From assembly GCA_024704765.1 (NCBI GenBank), contig JAKMXF010000155.1, forward strand, positions 248,001 to 312,000: DNA of 64,000 bases, given 5' to 3'. The notes under the pieces are model-generated. The model was not told the origin of the DNA. It saw only the letters and a list, made by a program, of their open reading frames with translations, and searched no databases. The translations under genes were made by a program, and so were the position numbers. This stretch comes from Oopsacas minuta (Eukaryota; Animalia; Porifera). Shown piece by piece: positions 24,545 to 36,840 of the stretch (the first letter of the stretch is position 1; every line of letters starts with the position of its first letter).

Positions 24545-25176
24545 TGTATATTTTGATCGAATTTTTGTAGAACTTTGATCAAATTTTCTTATGTCGAACT
24601 TTGATCGAATGATGATAAAGGCAAATTTGATCAAAGTTCCACTCAAATGTCTTCAGTCGAACTTTGATCGAAAATTGTCGTGCTTCACGACATCACAATA
24701 TTTAGGGGCACTCCCTGACCCCTCATGTAATGCCACAATGCACCAGACTCGACTGATTTGAATTTGGGAAGTGCTAGCACTTTTATTTATTAATTAGAAA
24801 CGAGTACCATTGTGAGAGGATTAGGGATTTAGTTCGCTACCTTATGGCTCTGAAAGTTTTTATTTGTGTTCGTTTTCAGCCACTAAGGGATCGGGAGTGT
24901 GGAATTTATGCTAATTTTATGATTGGATAGAGTTTTGATGGAGTGACCATTTGAAAAGCTTATAAATGGCAGATCCTTGCATTTTTTGTTGGATTTTCTC
25001 CATTTTTGATCAATGTTCTCATTTTTCGATCAAAGTTCGACTGAAGACATTTTCGTAGAACTTTGATCAAATTTTTTCTTTCATCTTTGATCAAAGTTCG
25101 ACATAAGAAATTCGTTCAAAGTTCTACAAACTTCCTAGATCAAAATCTACAGATTCAGAATTTCCAGTTTTGACTG
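24545..25176. mobile_element. Tc1/pogo-type MITE in PFK intron 1 with ~135-bp inverted arms
   Basis: Arms at about 24545-24680 and 25020-25155 are built from repeated AACTTTGATC/GATCAAAGTT motifs. The right end is GACTG followed by TA; the left terminus is eroded. Confidence 0.65.
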
Positions 25177-26580
25177 TATATGCGTCTTATTTGTGTAAAC
25201 CTATTAAAATGTCTAGAACCCAATACGGCCGAATCTTACATTCATAACGAAAAAGAACAGTAATTTTTCCTGTTCGTTTTAACCTATTCCAGCATTATAA
25301 TCGAGATTTATGCACCTTTTTGACTCACTAATATGACACATTTTCCCTGCTGTATTTGGTTAACTGGAAAAGCAGAGACTCTCTGCATGTTTTTCCAAAG
25401 AAATCTAAATACAAAGGCCTATTTTCCTTATAAACAGGATAATTGTGATTTTATATGTTCATTTGGCTGAATAATTGCCAAAATTGTATTTTTCATTGCG
25501 TTTGAATTTTATTCGAGATTTCTTGTTGATATTTGTAACTGCCGGGCTCATTTGATGGAATCAATTTTCAAAAACTGGGAGCAATTGCTAAATGGGATAA
25601 TTTCAATTGACGTTTGTGAGTCACTTTTCTTCGTTACTATGAACAATATCTCCAATTATGCTCAAGTGCCCCACTAAATTGCTGTAAATTTGACCCTAAG
25701 TTTGAATCTGATAGTTAAAATTGATTAGTGAGATTTCGAACGGTTTGCCCCTTGTGGACGTATCGGTAAATTAGCAAACAACCACTATCTAATCCCAAGA
25801 TGTCATAGGAAATATGTCCTTCGGAAGTGGTCTCCATCCTAATATTGTTCAGGAGCCTCGAAAGTAGAAGTGCGCTAATCTTCATGCTTTTAACCACTTG
25901 TTTACAATATTTAGCTCGAGCCACGAACTGCCTGGATGAGAAATTGAATATCAGCAGAGCCGTCACCTGCACAAAATGTGAATATCTCAAAAAAACAAAT
26001 GGAAACCAAATGAAATATTCTATACAATGAATTGGCAATAAACAGTTTTTTATAAAATACTAAGAAGGTTTCAATATATACATTTTTACTACCTCTTATA
26101 TGGTTCCGATTTACTTTGAGGTTTGTTTCAGTTACAGTTTTTGCTAGGTTTGAATTACAACTCAGTGTATTAGTGTTTGATTTCTCCATATTTATATACA
26201 TAGCAGTTTACAAAGCAGTATACAAATAATTTTCAGTTATTTTAGTTTAAGGTAAAATATTTATTCTAATATTTGTAAATCCTTGGCCAAACATAAAAGT
26301 AGATTCGTGACGTCATAATTCAGAACCATTGGCTATTGTCCTGAATTTTTCACATTATTTGCCACTGCTTCGCCAATATAAGCTAGATATTTGAAATTTG
26401 AATCACAGCTACCACCTATAATGTCCTGACATCATGATTTAAAATTTCTTTATAGCTGTGGTATGAATTGCCGAGATTACTAACCAAAAGCTATGTAGTA
26501 GCTCTAGTGTCACCACAGAAAGCCAGTAAAACTAATTTTGATTGACCATCATATCTTAAAATTTCTGCTATTTCTACATT

Positions 26581-26680
26581 CGAGTCACGTAGTGCTGTAT
26601 ATATCAAAAGCAATAAGAAATATTGCTTGCATATACTCGGCTAAAATGAGGCACTAAGCTGTCTAGTAGTATATCTGTCT
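26581..26680 (-). repeat. Short dispersed repeat family, copy B (inverted, upstream of PFK exon 2)
   Basis: Its reverse complement aligns with 41253-41385 (ATTTCTT..TGCTTTTG, AGCACTAC.TG.CTCG), with an internal deletion. Confidence 0.5.
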
Positions 26681-27020
26681 TAGATATTTGGTTCTTTTTA
26701 GTATACAATCTGAGTGGGGGGCGATAGAATTGTCAAGATCCGCTAAGGGGCGACCGGCTGAAAATCCCTGCTTATAGATACTTTGATTAATTTTATCATG
26801 TAAGCGTAATAATTTTAGCTAATTGTATGATTATACTCTTTACAAATGACTATACTTCACTATGACATATATATTCCATCCTCCTTTTTTCTTAGCAATT
26901 TTGTACACATTCCCTGTTTTTATGGTATTTTCCTCCGATATCCACGAATTTACTCTTTATTCTATTTTTTGCTTCACTATATTTATTTATACTAATACTA
27001 TTCTCGCCTGTCTTTTGTAG

Positions 27021-27299
27021 ATGCAGAGCATTCCAGATATAGCGTCTATTTCATCTAAAATGACATTTTTGAACGTTCTTGGTATTGTTGCATCTATTGA
27101 TAATGATATGTGCGATATTGATATGACCATTGGTACTGATTCCGCACTGCATAGGATAATAGATGCTGCTGATTCAATCAAAACCACAGCTGGTAGCCAC
27201 CAACGTGTATTTATCATCGAGGTAATGGGAAGGCGGTGTGGACATCTGGCTCTCATGTCGGCCTTAACCACTGAAGCTGATTATTTATTTATCCCTGAG
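27021..27299 (+). CDS. PFK: ATP-dependent 6-phosphofructokinase, second coding exon (93 codons)
   Basis: TTTTGTAG acceptor in phase 0. Motifs [40 protein letters not shown] and YLFIPE. Donor GAG|GTTGTT. Confidence 0.93.
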
Positions 27300-27383
27300 G
27301 TTGTTATTAATATAAGCAAAGTAAATATAATCTACCTGCACGCTACGCTTGTTTGGTTGTTGCCTAACGGCAGTTGTTCATCA

Positions 27384-27480
27384 CTTGGTGCCTCTGATTT
27401 GCCTTATGTATGAAACAACTAACCTTCTCATACTTATATTGGTCACTACGCGACTTGTTATACTCAGTACTATTTGCCTT
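27384..27480 (+). repeat. Short dispersed repeat family, copy C (downstream of PFK exon 2)
   Basis: GTGCCTCTGATTTGCCTTATGTATGAAACAAC matches copy A, and TTGGTCACTACGCGAC is identical to copy D. Confidence 0.55.
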
Positions 27481-27656
27481 GTAGTCCAAATAATAACGGA
27501 ATGTTATGAAATGTCATTCATTGTCTGTCCATATTGCACTTTCTTCCTTTGGTAACACTGGAAGCTGATCTACACTTCACCTTCCCATTCACATGTGCTA
27601 GTATTTTTAGAAATTGTGCCCGTAAGATGTAATCGAATTCTTTGTCTTGATAGAGG

Positions 27657-28930
27657 TAGGGTGACCAGAAGTTTTCACCAAAATCGTGGACATTTTCAAT
27701 TATTTCTGAAAAATCCTGGACATTCCTAATCAGGAATGATTTAAAATTGTATAATAAACTGGACATCGTATATTTGAAACATTTGGTGTATTTATGTAAC
27801 ATATTACGTAATTTTTGTAAGATATATTACTAAACAAACATAACCAACATACTAATAGTCCTTTAGTTCTAGCATAAATAAGGGGTTAACAAGGTTTCAG
27901 CCTAATAGTTCAATATTCATTTGGACCAAATTATTTGCCAAATAGTTTGACATTTAGTTGGCTCCCGAATATCAGATTCGGTATTCGGTTAACTATCAAA
28001 TACATTCGGTTGGCCAAAAATCAATTGACAAATAATGATGATAGTTAGAGGAAATTTGTAAAATTTGGTCATATTACTACTGATATTTCTCCTATTTAGA
28101 TAGTAGAACGCATATACCCTAATTATTAGTCTCGAAATTTGGTTTCTTGGTGTCCATTTATCACTATTCATTTGCTTTTGTTCAATCAACACAACTTGAG
28201 AGACCTTTCCCCTACTCAATTTTTGAAGATATAAAGTTTCCATTGAAGTATCCTTTTCGTTATCTCCCACGAATTTTCCATCCCTAAGACCTGATTATTA
28301 TTACTGAAAGATTGATTCTATACTTTCAGGTTTAGTATTTGTTTTGTCTCTGGTAACTACTCTGCCTATGACACTAAACAGCCTTTCAATAGAAGAACTA
28401 GATGCAATATGGGCATGCGGGACACTAGCCATATGTCCAAGACGAAAAAGCTTATGGCATCCAACCCCTTTTTCTTTCCACCATTCTAGTGACTCAACAT
28501 TCGTAGTAACATCCGCATGAGGTAGGCTTTGTAATATTGGATTAATTATTCCAGATAAGTCAACATTACTAGACTCTCTGGATTTTGATCTTCAATGGGA
28601 TTGTCATACTTATCTTGAATCTTCTAAGAGGGACATCATGAAATTCCTCAAATTTCCGTCAGTCTTGGAATTTTTTCTTGTTGTGATATTGGCACTGGAC
28701 TCATATCCATTACTTGTAACAACTGTCTTACATACCAAGGTATCTCCGTTCCACAAACTCCAATTCTTTTGATTTCGAGAAAACAACGTATCTCTTTCTC
28801 GATAATTTGGAGAAAACTCAAAGAATTCCATCTGGGATCTAAAAGACAGAAATTCCATTAATTCTTTCTTTTTAGTATCTATATCCGTATCTAAATCAAG
28901 TAACAAATTTTCGAACTTCCCTTGCAATAT
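27657..28930 (-). mobile_element. hAT (Ac-group) remnant, 3' end only
   Basis: Terminus TAGGGTGACCAGA at 27657 with three TGGACAT subterminal motifs. Minus-strand dimerisation-domain fragment SLEWWKEK...ASSSIERLFSVIGRVVTRDK at about 28320-28530. The other end was not found. Confidence 0.7.
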
Positions 28931-29399
28931 AATTCACTCTATTCCTCTCTAGCATTAAACTCGAGTATTTTGTCTCAATATATATAAGTTATTCAGGACT
29001 AAGTTATTTTAATAGAACCTTGGTGGATGGATGGCATTTTGAAATTGTAGGATAGTCCCTTGCAAAAATATTTCGCAAGGTTAACAACAGAAATGAAGTT
29101 GTTAACATTTTAATTTTTGTGTCACTTGTCACGTATATGCCATATGAATAGAATACTGGGACCAAACGGAATAGAATGTGAAAATTGCATCTTTAAACAG
29201 AGTTAGATTTATTTGCATAGTTGAATACTAACTGTTCTGCAGCATTTGTGATTTACTAAGGAGTAGCGCTTATATATTTGATTTGTGCAATTTATGGCAC
29301 ATATGATAGGAAAAATATTGTGTTAATAATTCATGTGCACTTTTGTTCTTAAGCCTTTCTAAGAATTCATCCTACTGTAATTAGGGGCCTTATTCACTA

Positions 29400-30016
29400 C
29401 AGAGCTGCAAATGGGCCACTGACCTATGGGTCAATGGGTCAGATGGGTCACTTTTTTAAGATGGGTCAGTGGGTCATGGGTCATGACCCATCAAAATTGT
29501 ATTTATATACAATGTAGGCTTAAAAGAGTTATTTGTCAATTAGCAAACCTTCTAAATAGAGTTAATAGAGGTGGTCATTATACTAAATGTTTGGATTACT
29601 ACAAGTAAGAGCTTTGATCTCCTTGATTTGTTGGAGCAGAATAAACTTAGGTTTCCATTATTATCAATAATTGCCATGAGACAATTGGTAATTCAGGCAT
29701 CCTCATCCGAAAGCGAGAGACACTATAGTGCCTTTAATGCTCGCATATCGTAACATCTCAACGGAATGCAATGTTGCCAGAAACTATCGAAGCTGTCTCT
29801 GTTGTGTTGCAAGGATATAAAAACAACTTGATTTAATTATTGTGTTAGACTAAATACCTACATTATACTTGTTCCTAATAATGAAATACATAATGGGTCA
29901 GAATGGGTCATAAAATAATAAATGGGTCATGACTCATGGGTCAATGGGTCATGGGTCACTACTTCGATGGGTCACATGGGTCATGGATCACTTCATGTGA
30001 CCTATTTACAGCTCTG
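29400..30016 (+). mobile_element. Non-autonomous hAT, an internal-deletion derivative of 44552-47091
   Basis: CAGAGCTGCAAATGGG TIRs and a perfect 8-bp TSD ATTCACTA (29392-29399, 30017-30024). Both ends are collinear with the long element and about 1.92 kb is deleted. Confidence 0.95.
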
Positions 30017-30433
30017 ATTCACTAACATTTTAATACTTTTTCAGAGCTATCATTCTTATAGTGGCATACAAAGTGATATAAATATGACTGAACCTTGGCA
30101 TTTTGATAACAAGCTACTTTCAGGTTCCCAAGCTTCATATCCATGCCTAATGCATGAAAAATATTCAAACATATTCAAAATTTGGGAAATCTTATTTTTG
30201 CTTATTTTTAACATCAGCTGTTGGCCAATTCGTCTATACATCCCCAAGCGATACAATCTTCAATTCACATCAACTTTTAACCATCAGATTCGTAGTCAGC
30301 ATCAAATTTCCAGCAATATGATAGTTCACTAGGAGCGTTCCCAAGGTTTTGAATAACCAGGGTAAGGTCGGCACCAAGGTTTCCAATCCAAGGGCAAAAT
30401 CTTATTATATTTAGCAATGGTGATCTGAGGATC

Positions 30434-30711
30434 TGTCAGACCCGTGGCCGTGTCGTGGCCATTACTTTCCAATTCCGTCCCACTGCCTCGTTTGCCACCC
30501 GCTTGTGACCGCCAGTGTGGGTCACTTGACCATATTGGAGATATATCTCCCTAGCAACGGTGTAAAGTCTCAGGAATGTAACAGCATTCCATTCTCAAAT
30601 TGTGTCTTAACCCCGCCGAGTGACCCCTCGTTTTAAGCAAGCATCTAGGAGAACTTAGTTTAGTTAGACACATATCGACCTTCTAAATCTTCTTTAAAAT
30701 ACGATTATACG
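30434..30711. repeat. Possible solo LTR (278 bp)
   Basis: Locally GC-richer segment starting TGT and ending ACG (ACA expected), flanked by GGATC direct repeats (30429-30433, 30712-30716). Confidence 0.3.
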
Positions 30712-32000
30712 GGATCTGTCCCTCTGCCTAATCAGTACTGTAACTACTTTGTGTGGCCCCCCCGCCAGATCATGTTGGAGGCACGTCTTAAGAAATCATG
30801 ATATTGGTTAGCAAATTAAGACCTAATGCAAAATTAGGTACCAAAAACAAGTAATCAAATATGCATGCGAAAAGTACAATTATTTTAATTCGAGTACTTT
30901 TCGAATTATCAGCCAAGGGGTAATGCCTGTAATGGGGCTCCCTGGAAGCGTAGTTAAGCCCTGTGCCTGATAGTTTTTCATTTATTTCTTACACATAATG
31001 TCATCCTCTCTTTTGGTGAGAAATTTGCTATAATTGCTAAATATATAGTGAAGATGTATATCATAGCATTTATCCAAGTTGACATGGTAAGTCATGAAAA
31101 ACACACAGTAGCAGTTTGTCACTATGTACATTGTTCCCAGTTAGTAGACTTTGGATAATTCTTCATCTGAATTAGGTATATTCTTGTGATTAGCCATGAT
31201 ACTAGACCAGAACGATACGTGCTAGCTGCTTCGAACGTGAGTCGCTCAATGGGGTGAAATTAGAGAATAGAATGTTGTTACATTCCTGCGTTACTTCTGA
31301 AAATATCTTTTAATTTTGTCAAGTGGCCCATCAAATTGGTGGAAATTTGATGCTGAGTGCAAACCTGTTGTTTAATAGTTGATTCGATGTGATTTGAAGA
31401 TTTTCTCGCTTCGAAATGTCCCTGCCAGTTGGTCGACCTCTGATATTTTCAATGGCATTGGGAAGTGTAGTGGAATTAATGCATAGACAGATTAGTAACA
31501 AGTTTCTGGTAGGTTGTGTGTTTCTTCCCTGAGTATCTTTAGGTTAGTAAGTCTTCTTCGGGTTAGGGTGATACTTGGAAATAGTTAGGTACTCTGTGAA
31601 TACCTACGACATTTTGATTATTTATAAATATTGGCTGCCATTTCAGTCATATCGTTGAGCCCATTTTCACCTGTTTCAATTGGCCTTAATTAATTCCTGA
31701 AACTTCTATTGATAGTTGATTACACAGTGGCATGAAATGACTAAAACCTCAAAGTAAGTATTAGGGTACTAGATAACGTATCAAACCATATTATTGACAT
31801 ATGGGGAATCGTACCCAAAGAATCGATTGACGTATTATATTTCTTCTAGTCTTTGGGTGTGAAAGTAATGACGTCATTGTCACATTCTAAAATATTTTGA
31901 TTTTTTTATCAATTGTAATTAAGCCAATTTGTGAGCTATGTTGAAGAAATTGAATGTTTTATGTTTTGATATTATTAACACTATTTAATGTACATTTTTA

Positions 32001-34078
32001 TTAGCTTATGTCCCCACATTTCTTGTTGTAAAATGACTTACCGTTCATCGTGAATTTGGTAATATTACGAAAGGTTGCAAAAATTGGATCACTTTGAGAG
32101 ATAAGCCTGACGAACACATCTTTAACGTTGTCTTCAAAGCTAAATTTTTTTGAGAATCTCTCGCGGTATCGCCCGACCAATTTATTCCAAGATTCAAGGC
32201 CTTCTTAAGACAAATCTTCTAAGCTAAGCCCATCATTATGATCTCCAATTATTCGTGGTGCATGGGCTAGAAGTTTATGCAAAGTAGGGGGTTACATGTG
32301 CCCATGAAAAATTGATTAAAATGGATTCGTAAGTCTCTCGGCATACATTATCGCGGCCTTCAGTGTTCAATTTCCTTTTGCTATTATCCAATCTCAAGAT
32401 AACACTCAAAATATTAAAGATTGTAGTGACAACTTGATGTGTCTCTTGAGGAACAACCGTCCATACCCAATAGAGAAACTCTCCCCCATATCATCGCTAC
32501 GTGTGAAGCATCTCGTGACAACATTTCTGGTTGTGGTGGCTCCGCCTTGGACTGATGGTGTGTCAATGGATATACTAAGTTGTTCTTCAATAAGGCTAGT
32601 AATACATTTCTTGGTCACAAGAATTATTGGCGAAGTTGGTGACCATTTTTGAATAGCACCACACTGTAAGTGCCGAATCAATAATAGGAACCAACTAAAT
32701 GTTCTCAAATATGCACGTAGAGGAGAAGCTGATATGATATCTTTTTCTGAGATCGGTTTGTGTGTTATATTGAATCTTTGGTTAGTTAGCAAAGACAAAA
32801 ATTCTTCTTCATCAACCTTCACAAATACATCACGCGCATCATGGATTGTCCTATTTATGGGAAAGCCATTTTAAACTATGCTAATATCGTATATCTGTTT
32901 GAACGTTGCAGTACACATTTGACAATTAGCACCACCAGTACCGCTTAAAATTTTTGCCATCTTTGTATCGAAATGAGATCTTATGATCTTGGCCTCTGCA
33001 TTGCCATTGTGTAAACACAAACCACTCTCTTCAATAGTTGAAGTTTCGTTATTTATTAATGAGTCCATCAAAAACTTGACACTCTCTTCATTTTCTCGAA
33101 GGGCTAAGAGGGCAACTGGTCGAGTGCAAAATGGTGAATTCGGATGATCAGGTTTCCATAGCATATGATCATTTGCATTTATGATTGCGTTAACCTTGAA
33201 ACCAAATAAAATGAAGGTTTTAGTCGAGAGGTCAGGGTTAGATATAGCTTGCTGATAAACTCGATGACACCCAGATCCATCTAAGCCATCGGATACTCGA
33301 ACTTTAAGCGAATACACAAGGTTATCAGGACTTAAGTTAGATACAATTCGTTCAACTGTATGGGTGAGTAGTCTGGTGTAAGAAATACCTACTCCACATG
33401 GAAATTCTCTTGAATTATACGCACCTCATCCAACAAATTAATTTGAGCCCGATGTTTAGCTACACTATTGTAGCCTGGTAACCTGAGATCTTCAGATGGT
33501 AATGTACGCCGAAGTTCTAAATACTTAGTTTTACCGATCTCAAAAGATTCGAAAAGAAAGGCAGATTTATCAAGTGATAATTGTGGATAGATAGGAGATG
33601 AGTTCCCCTTCTCTAGTATCTCTCTACAAACATTGGCACTATTCATGTCCTACTCCTCATTGCAACAAAGTAGTAAGAGATAAGTTGCAAGAGTCTTTGG
33701 AGATACATGCTCGTTTTCAGTGACTGATTCGAGGTGAGACTTAAGAGAAGAGAGCCGACTTCTCAAACCTTTGGTCGTTAACTCAGCGAGCGATATCTTT
33801 TTTGAAAGATTAAAGTCTTCTTCAAAGTTAATGGTTAATGAAGAAGAGGCACTTAACCAAAGCTTCTTTAGCAGAGGACAGAAGCATATGGAATTCAAAG
33901 TATCAAGGTCCGAATATTTATGAAAAGAGGCTCTCTCTTTTGAATATCATTGAACTTCAAACGAAAGAAATTTTGCTATCTCGATCAAAACCATGAGTTG
34001 AATAAATTGGTCTGCGATTGAACGTGCGCTAAGTAATTTATACTAATAATAAAACTGAAAAGCTTGAAGATTGTTCAT
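32001..34078 (-). pseudogene. RAG1-core-like transposase (~690 codons), multiple stops and frameshifts
   Basis: ATG at 34078 (MNNLQAF). Motifs: NBD-like LAELTTKGLRSRLSSLK, VSDGLDGSG (D1), PNSPFCTRPVALL, RSHFDTKM (D2), CQMC, SPL(R)AYLRTF, VTPTLHKLLAH, and EGLESWNKLVGRYRE (E). These correspond to RAG1 SCDGMGD, PNSELCCKPLCL, GYDEKL, CTLC, ALHCDIGN, ITNYFHKTLAH and EGNESGNKLFRRFRK. Confidence 0.92.
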
Positions 34079-34137
34079 TTTCTAGATGAATAATATATTA
34101 TATATTAACAATATTGTAAATACAGGGCAAAAAGTAA

Positions 34138-34942
34138 TAGAATAACATGTGTTTTTCAAGAATTTCAAAAATATTTTCGATTTACAATTTTTGAAGGTGT
34201 TTATTATTAATAATTATTAGATAATTATTGATAATCAAAATATGTGGTAACTCAAAGCCTATTAAGAATCTATAATTTCTGACTTGATATTTGAATTCTA
34301 CGTAGGCGAGTTACCCCAGATTGAAATTTCCAATCGGATTGAACAATTTTACCAAAGCTATAAAAGAATTTCAATTTGTCCCACTTGTGCCACTTTTTTT
34401 AAAAAGTGGCACAGGTGGCAGGAAAAAGCGCCACTACAAGGAGATCAACTAGGGCTAGGAGGAATAAGTCGATGTAATATTTTCGAATGATATGACTATG
34501 CTAACCCTTGAATTACAAAATAACCTCTTGGTAGCGGCCACTTGTACCACCTTGGGCAAAAGGTGGCACAAATGGCACAAATGGCACAAATTGAAATTCA
34601 CCTATAACTCTGGTAAAAATTGTTCAATCCGATTGGAAATTTCAATCTGGGGTAACTCGCCTACGTAGAATTCAAATATCAAGTCAGAAATTATAGATTC
34701 TTAATGGGCTTTGAATTACCACATATTTTGATTATCAATAATTATCTAATAATTATTAATAATTAACACTTTCAAAAATTGTAAATCGAAAATATTTTTG
34801 AAATTCTTGAAAAACATATGTTATTCTAAACAAATTACTAGATAGCAGCTACGAATATAGACTACACAATATATAGGAGCAGGAAATGTCTACAATTTAT
34901 GACAATGCATTTGTGTGTTCGAATATTTCTCTCCCCTGACTG
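34138..34942. mobile_element. Second copy of the long-TIR foldback MITE, left terminus deleted
   Basis: Same arms as 20958-21858 with the spacer in opposite orientation. The right end is intact (GACTG followed by TA); the outer ~120 bp of the left arm is missing. Confidence 0.9.
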
Positions 34943-35040
34943 TATATTTATGCATGTTTGTTTTATAAGCGTGTAGAATGAATTCTGAAATCTAAGAAAT
35001 AAGGAACTTTTGGGGAAACTCTTTCTCACACTGGATGAGT

Positions 35041-35604
35041 GTTGATTTTTTAATGGAATCTTTGTAAAAATATGTGATGAGAACATTTATTTGTATCATT
35101 TAAAAGCTGAATTTTGTAAACACAAGCATAAAATTGTGATTAATTCTACGTTTTGATTATATCGCTAAGCAAGCATAATATTTATATAAAATTTTAAAAG
35201 AGAATTTTTTAAAATATTCGATAAATTCAAAAGTTCATGTTGATTGAAACTATATTTGCGCGAATTTTCGGGAACCTGGAAATTGTTGTATTTTATAGAG
35301 AATTCAGAATGGTATATTATAAAACTCAGGAGACAACTTGACAGAACGCGACAGATGAAGTTTTGAGACTTCGAAGTTAAGTGACGACAGAATATCTAAC
35401 AGAAATTATATCAAAATATTTGAGCTATTTTAAGGATTTATTATTTGCTCTCTGCTTATATAATCACAATAATAAGAGAATAGTCGAAAATGCCATGGAA
35501 TGAAGTCTTTGGAATGTATTAGTCGCTTAGATACTGGAAATTAAGTTCATTGATATGAATGAATATCTGTGGCTTTCAAGAATAATTTCTGAGCAGGAAA
35601 TTGT
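35041..35604 (+). repeat. Dispersed ~560-bp repeat, copy 2 (inside the Transib 5' non-coding region)
   Basis: Collinear with 8944-9500. Confidence 0.85.
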
Positions 35605-36679
35605 AATGCTTATATATATTCCAATTGTTACTAAACTAGATGATGGACCATAACAATTTTAGACATTTCAAGTAATGGGATATTAGTCTTTCCAATGAAC
35701 TTTAAATGGTTACTAAATATCGGATTGAAATTTTCACCAATTTCGAGGAGATGTACCATTGTGGGTTAGTTGTTAGAGAATGTATTCAGTTATTCTATCC
35801 TCGTGTAATCATCAATCTAATATTTTTCTTAAACATAAGTTCCTAGCATATTGAGATACCCTTGAATGTGAAAGAATAGTGTTAATTGTTGAACATCAAT
35901 TTTATGTTTACACTCCACCTCATTTATATATTTTATATGGAATTGCCAGAATTCTATGAAAAATTCTAACAATTTGACTATGTATTTGACTTAGAATTTC
36001 TAGAATAGGAACTTATTTGCTAATATTTCTAGAATCTCTTATCCAAAAACTTTTGATGAATATATGCTACATAAACAGGAGATATTCCCATAGTGGCTAT
36101 CGTCTATCCTAATTCCTAAATATCATCAGTTTTCTCCATCATATCTGGGTCTTTGGAAATTGAAATTTTTGTTATTGCTGGGCCTTCGCAATGTTCTATC
36201 ACAGTTTTATCTTAGAGCTTCAGGAAATTGATATATATATATATTTTGTATATATACATTCAATGATAGTACCTTCTTGAATTATGCCTAATGTGTTTTC
36301 ATTTCTGTAGCTTTAGTCAAGTCATTGATCCTAGCTATTCAACTATTCCAAATTTATAAGTTTCGGTTGGGTTCAGGTCCATCGCCATGACTCCACCTAC
36401 CTAAATTGTCCCAATTTCTAACTTACTATTTATCCATTTAACGGCTTTTAGTAGTTGTATACGCCTTAAATGTAGATACTTGATTAGTTAAGTAATTGAA
36501 GATATATAGCCAAATATGTATTACGTCATAATATCATATCGTCACTGAGATTGCAAGAATCTAATATTAACTTGTGATCTAATAAATATATCCAGATTGA
36601 ATATCAATTTTCTGTTATTCTAATATAATACTTGGTGAAAATTGCAGAATTTAAATCAGAATTTCAAAAATCCAAGGAG

Positions 36680-36840
36680 CAGGGTTGTATCAGCTCATTT
36701 TGAGTTGGCAAAATCAACTCATTTTATTGAATGAGTTGAATGAGTTGAATGAGTTGGTTACATCCAAATGAATGAGTTGAATGAGTTGGTAGAAAATATG
36801 AGTTGATTTTGCCAACTCAAAATGAGTTGATACACACCTG
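36680..36840. mobile_element. 161-bp hAT-type MITE
   Basis: 43-bp near-perfect TIRs starting CAGG, a perfect 8-bp TSD CCAAGGAG, and internal tandem AATGAGTTG units. Confidence 0.93.

Larger units (their letters stand above)
31723..35763 (-). mobile_element. Transib/RAG1-like DNA transposon copy 2, both ends present
   Basis: Ends are CACAGTGGCA (31723) and CACAATGGTA (reverse complement ending at 35763). Flanks GATTA and GGTTA fit a 5-bp TSD with one mismatch. Contains a RAG1-core-like pseudogene and a nested foldback MITE. Confidence 0.8.

Noticed and set aside
24734-24814. 81-bp mini-Transib (CACAATG...CATTGTG)
   Set aside because: The 5-bp flanks (AATGC, AGAGG) do not match and similarity stops after the heptamer.
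23702-24814. Transib-like pair CACAGTGG...CATTGTG in PFK intron 1
   Set aside because: No TSD (TCCCG versus AGAGG) and no recognisable internal homology.
30043-30080. Possible PFK exon 3 (TTTTCAG then AIILIVA)
   Set aside because: It lacks the AEG motif, stops after a few codons and does not continue from IPE.
31749-32000. RAG2-like gene inside the RAG1-like element
   Set aside because: Only about 250 bp of AT-rich sequence with no ORF. The 5' side is occupied by a MITE and a dispersed repeat.
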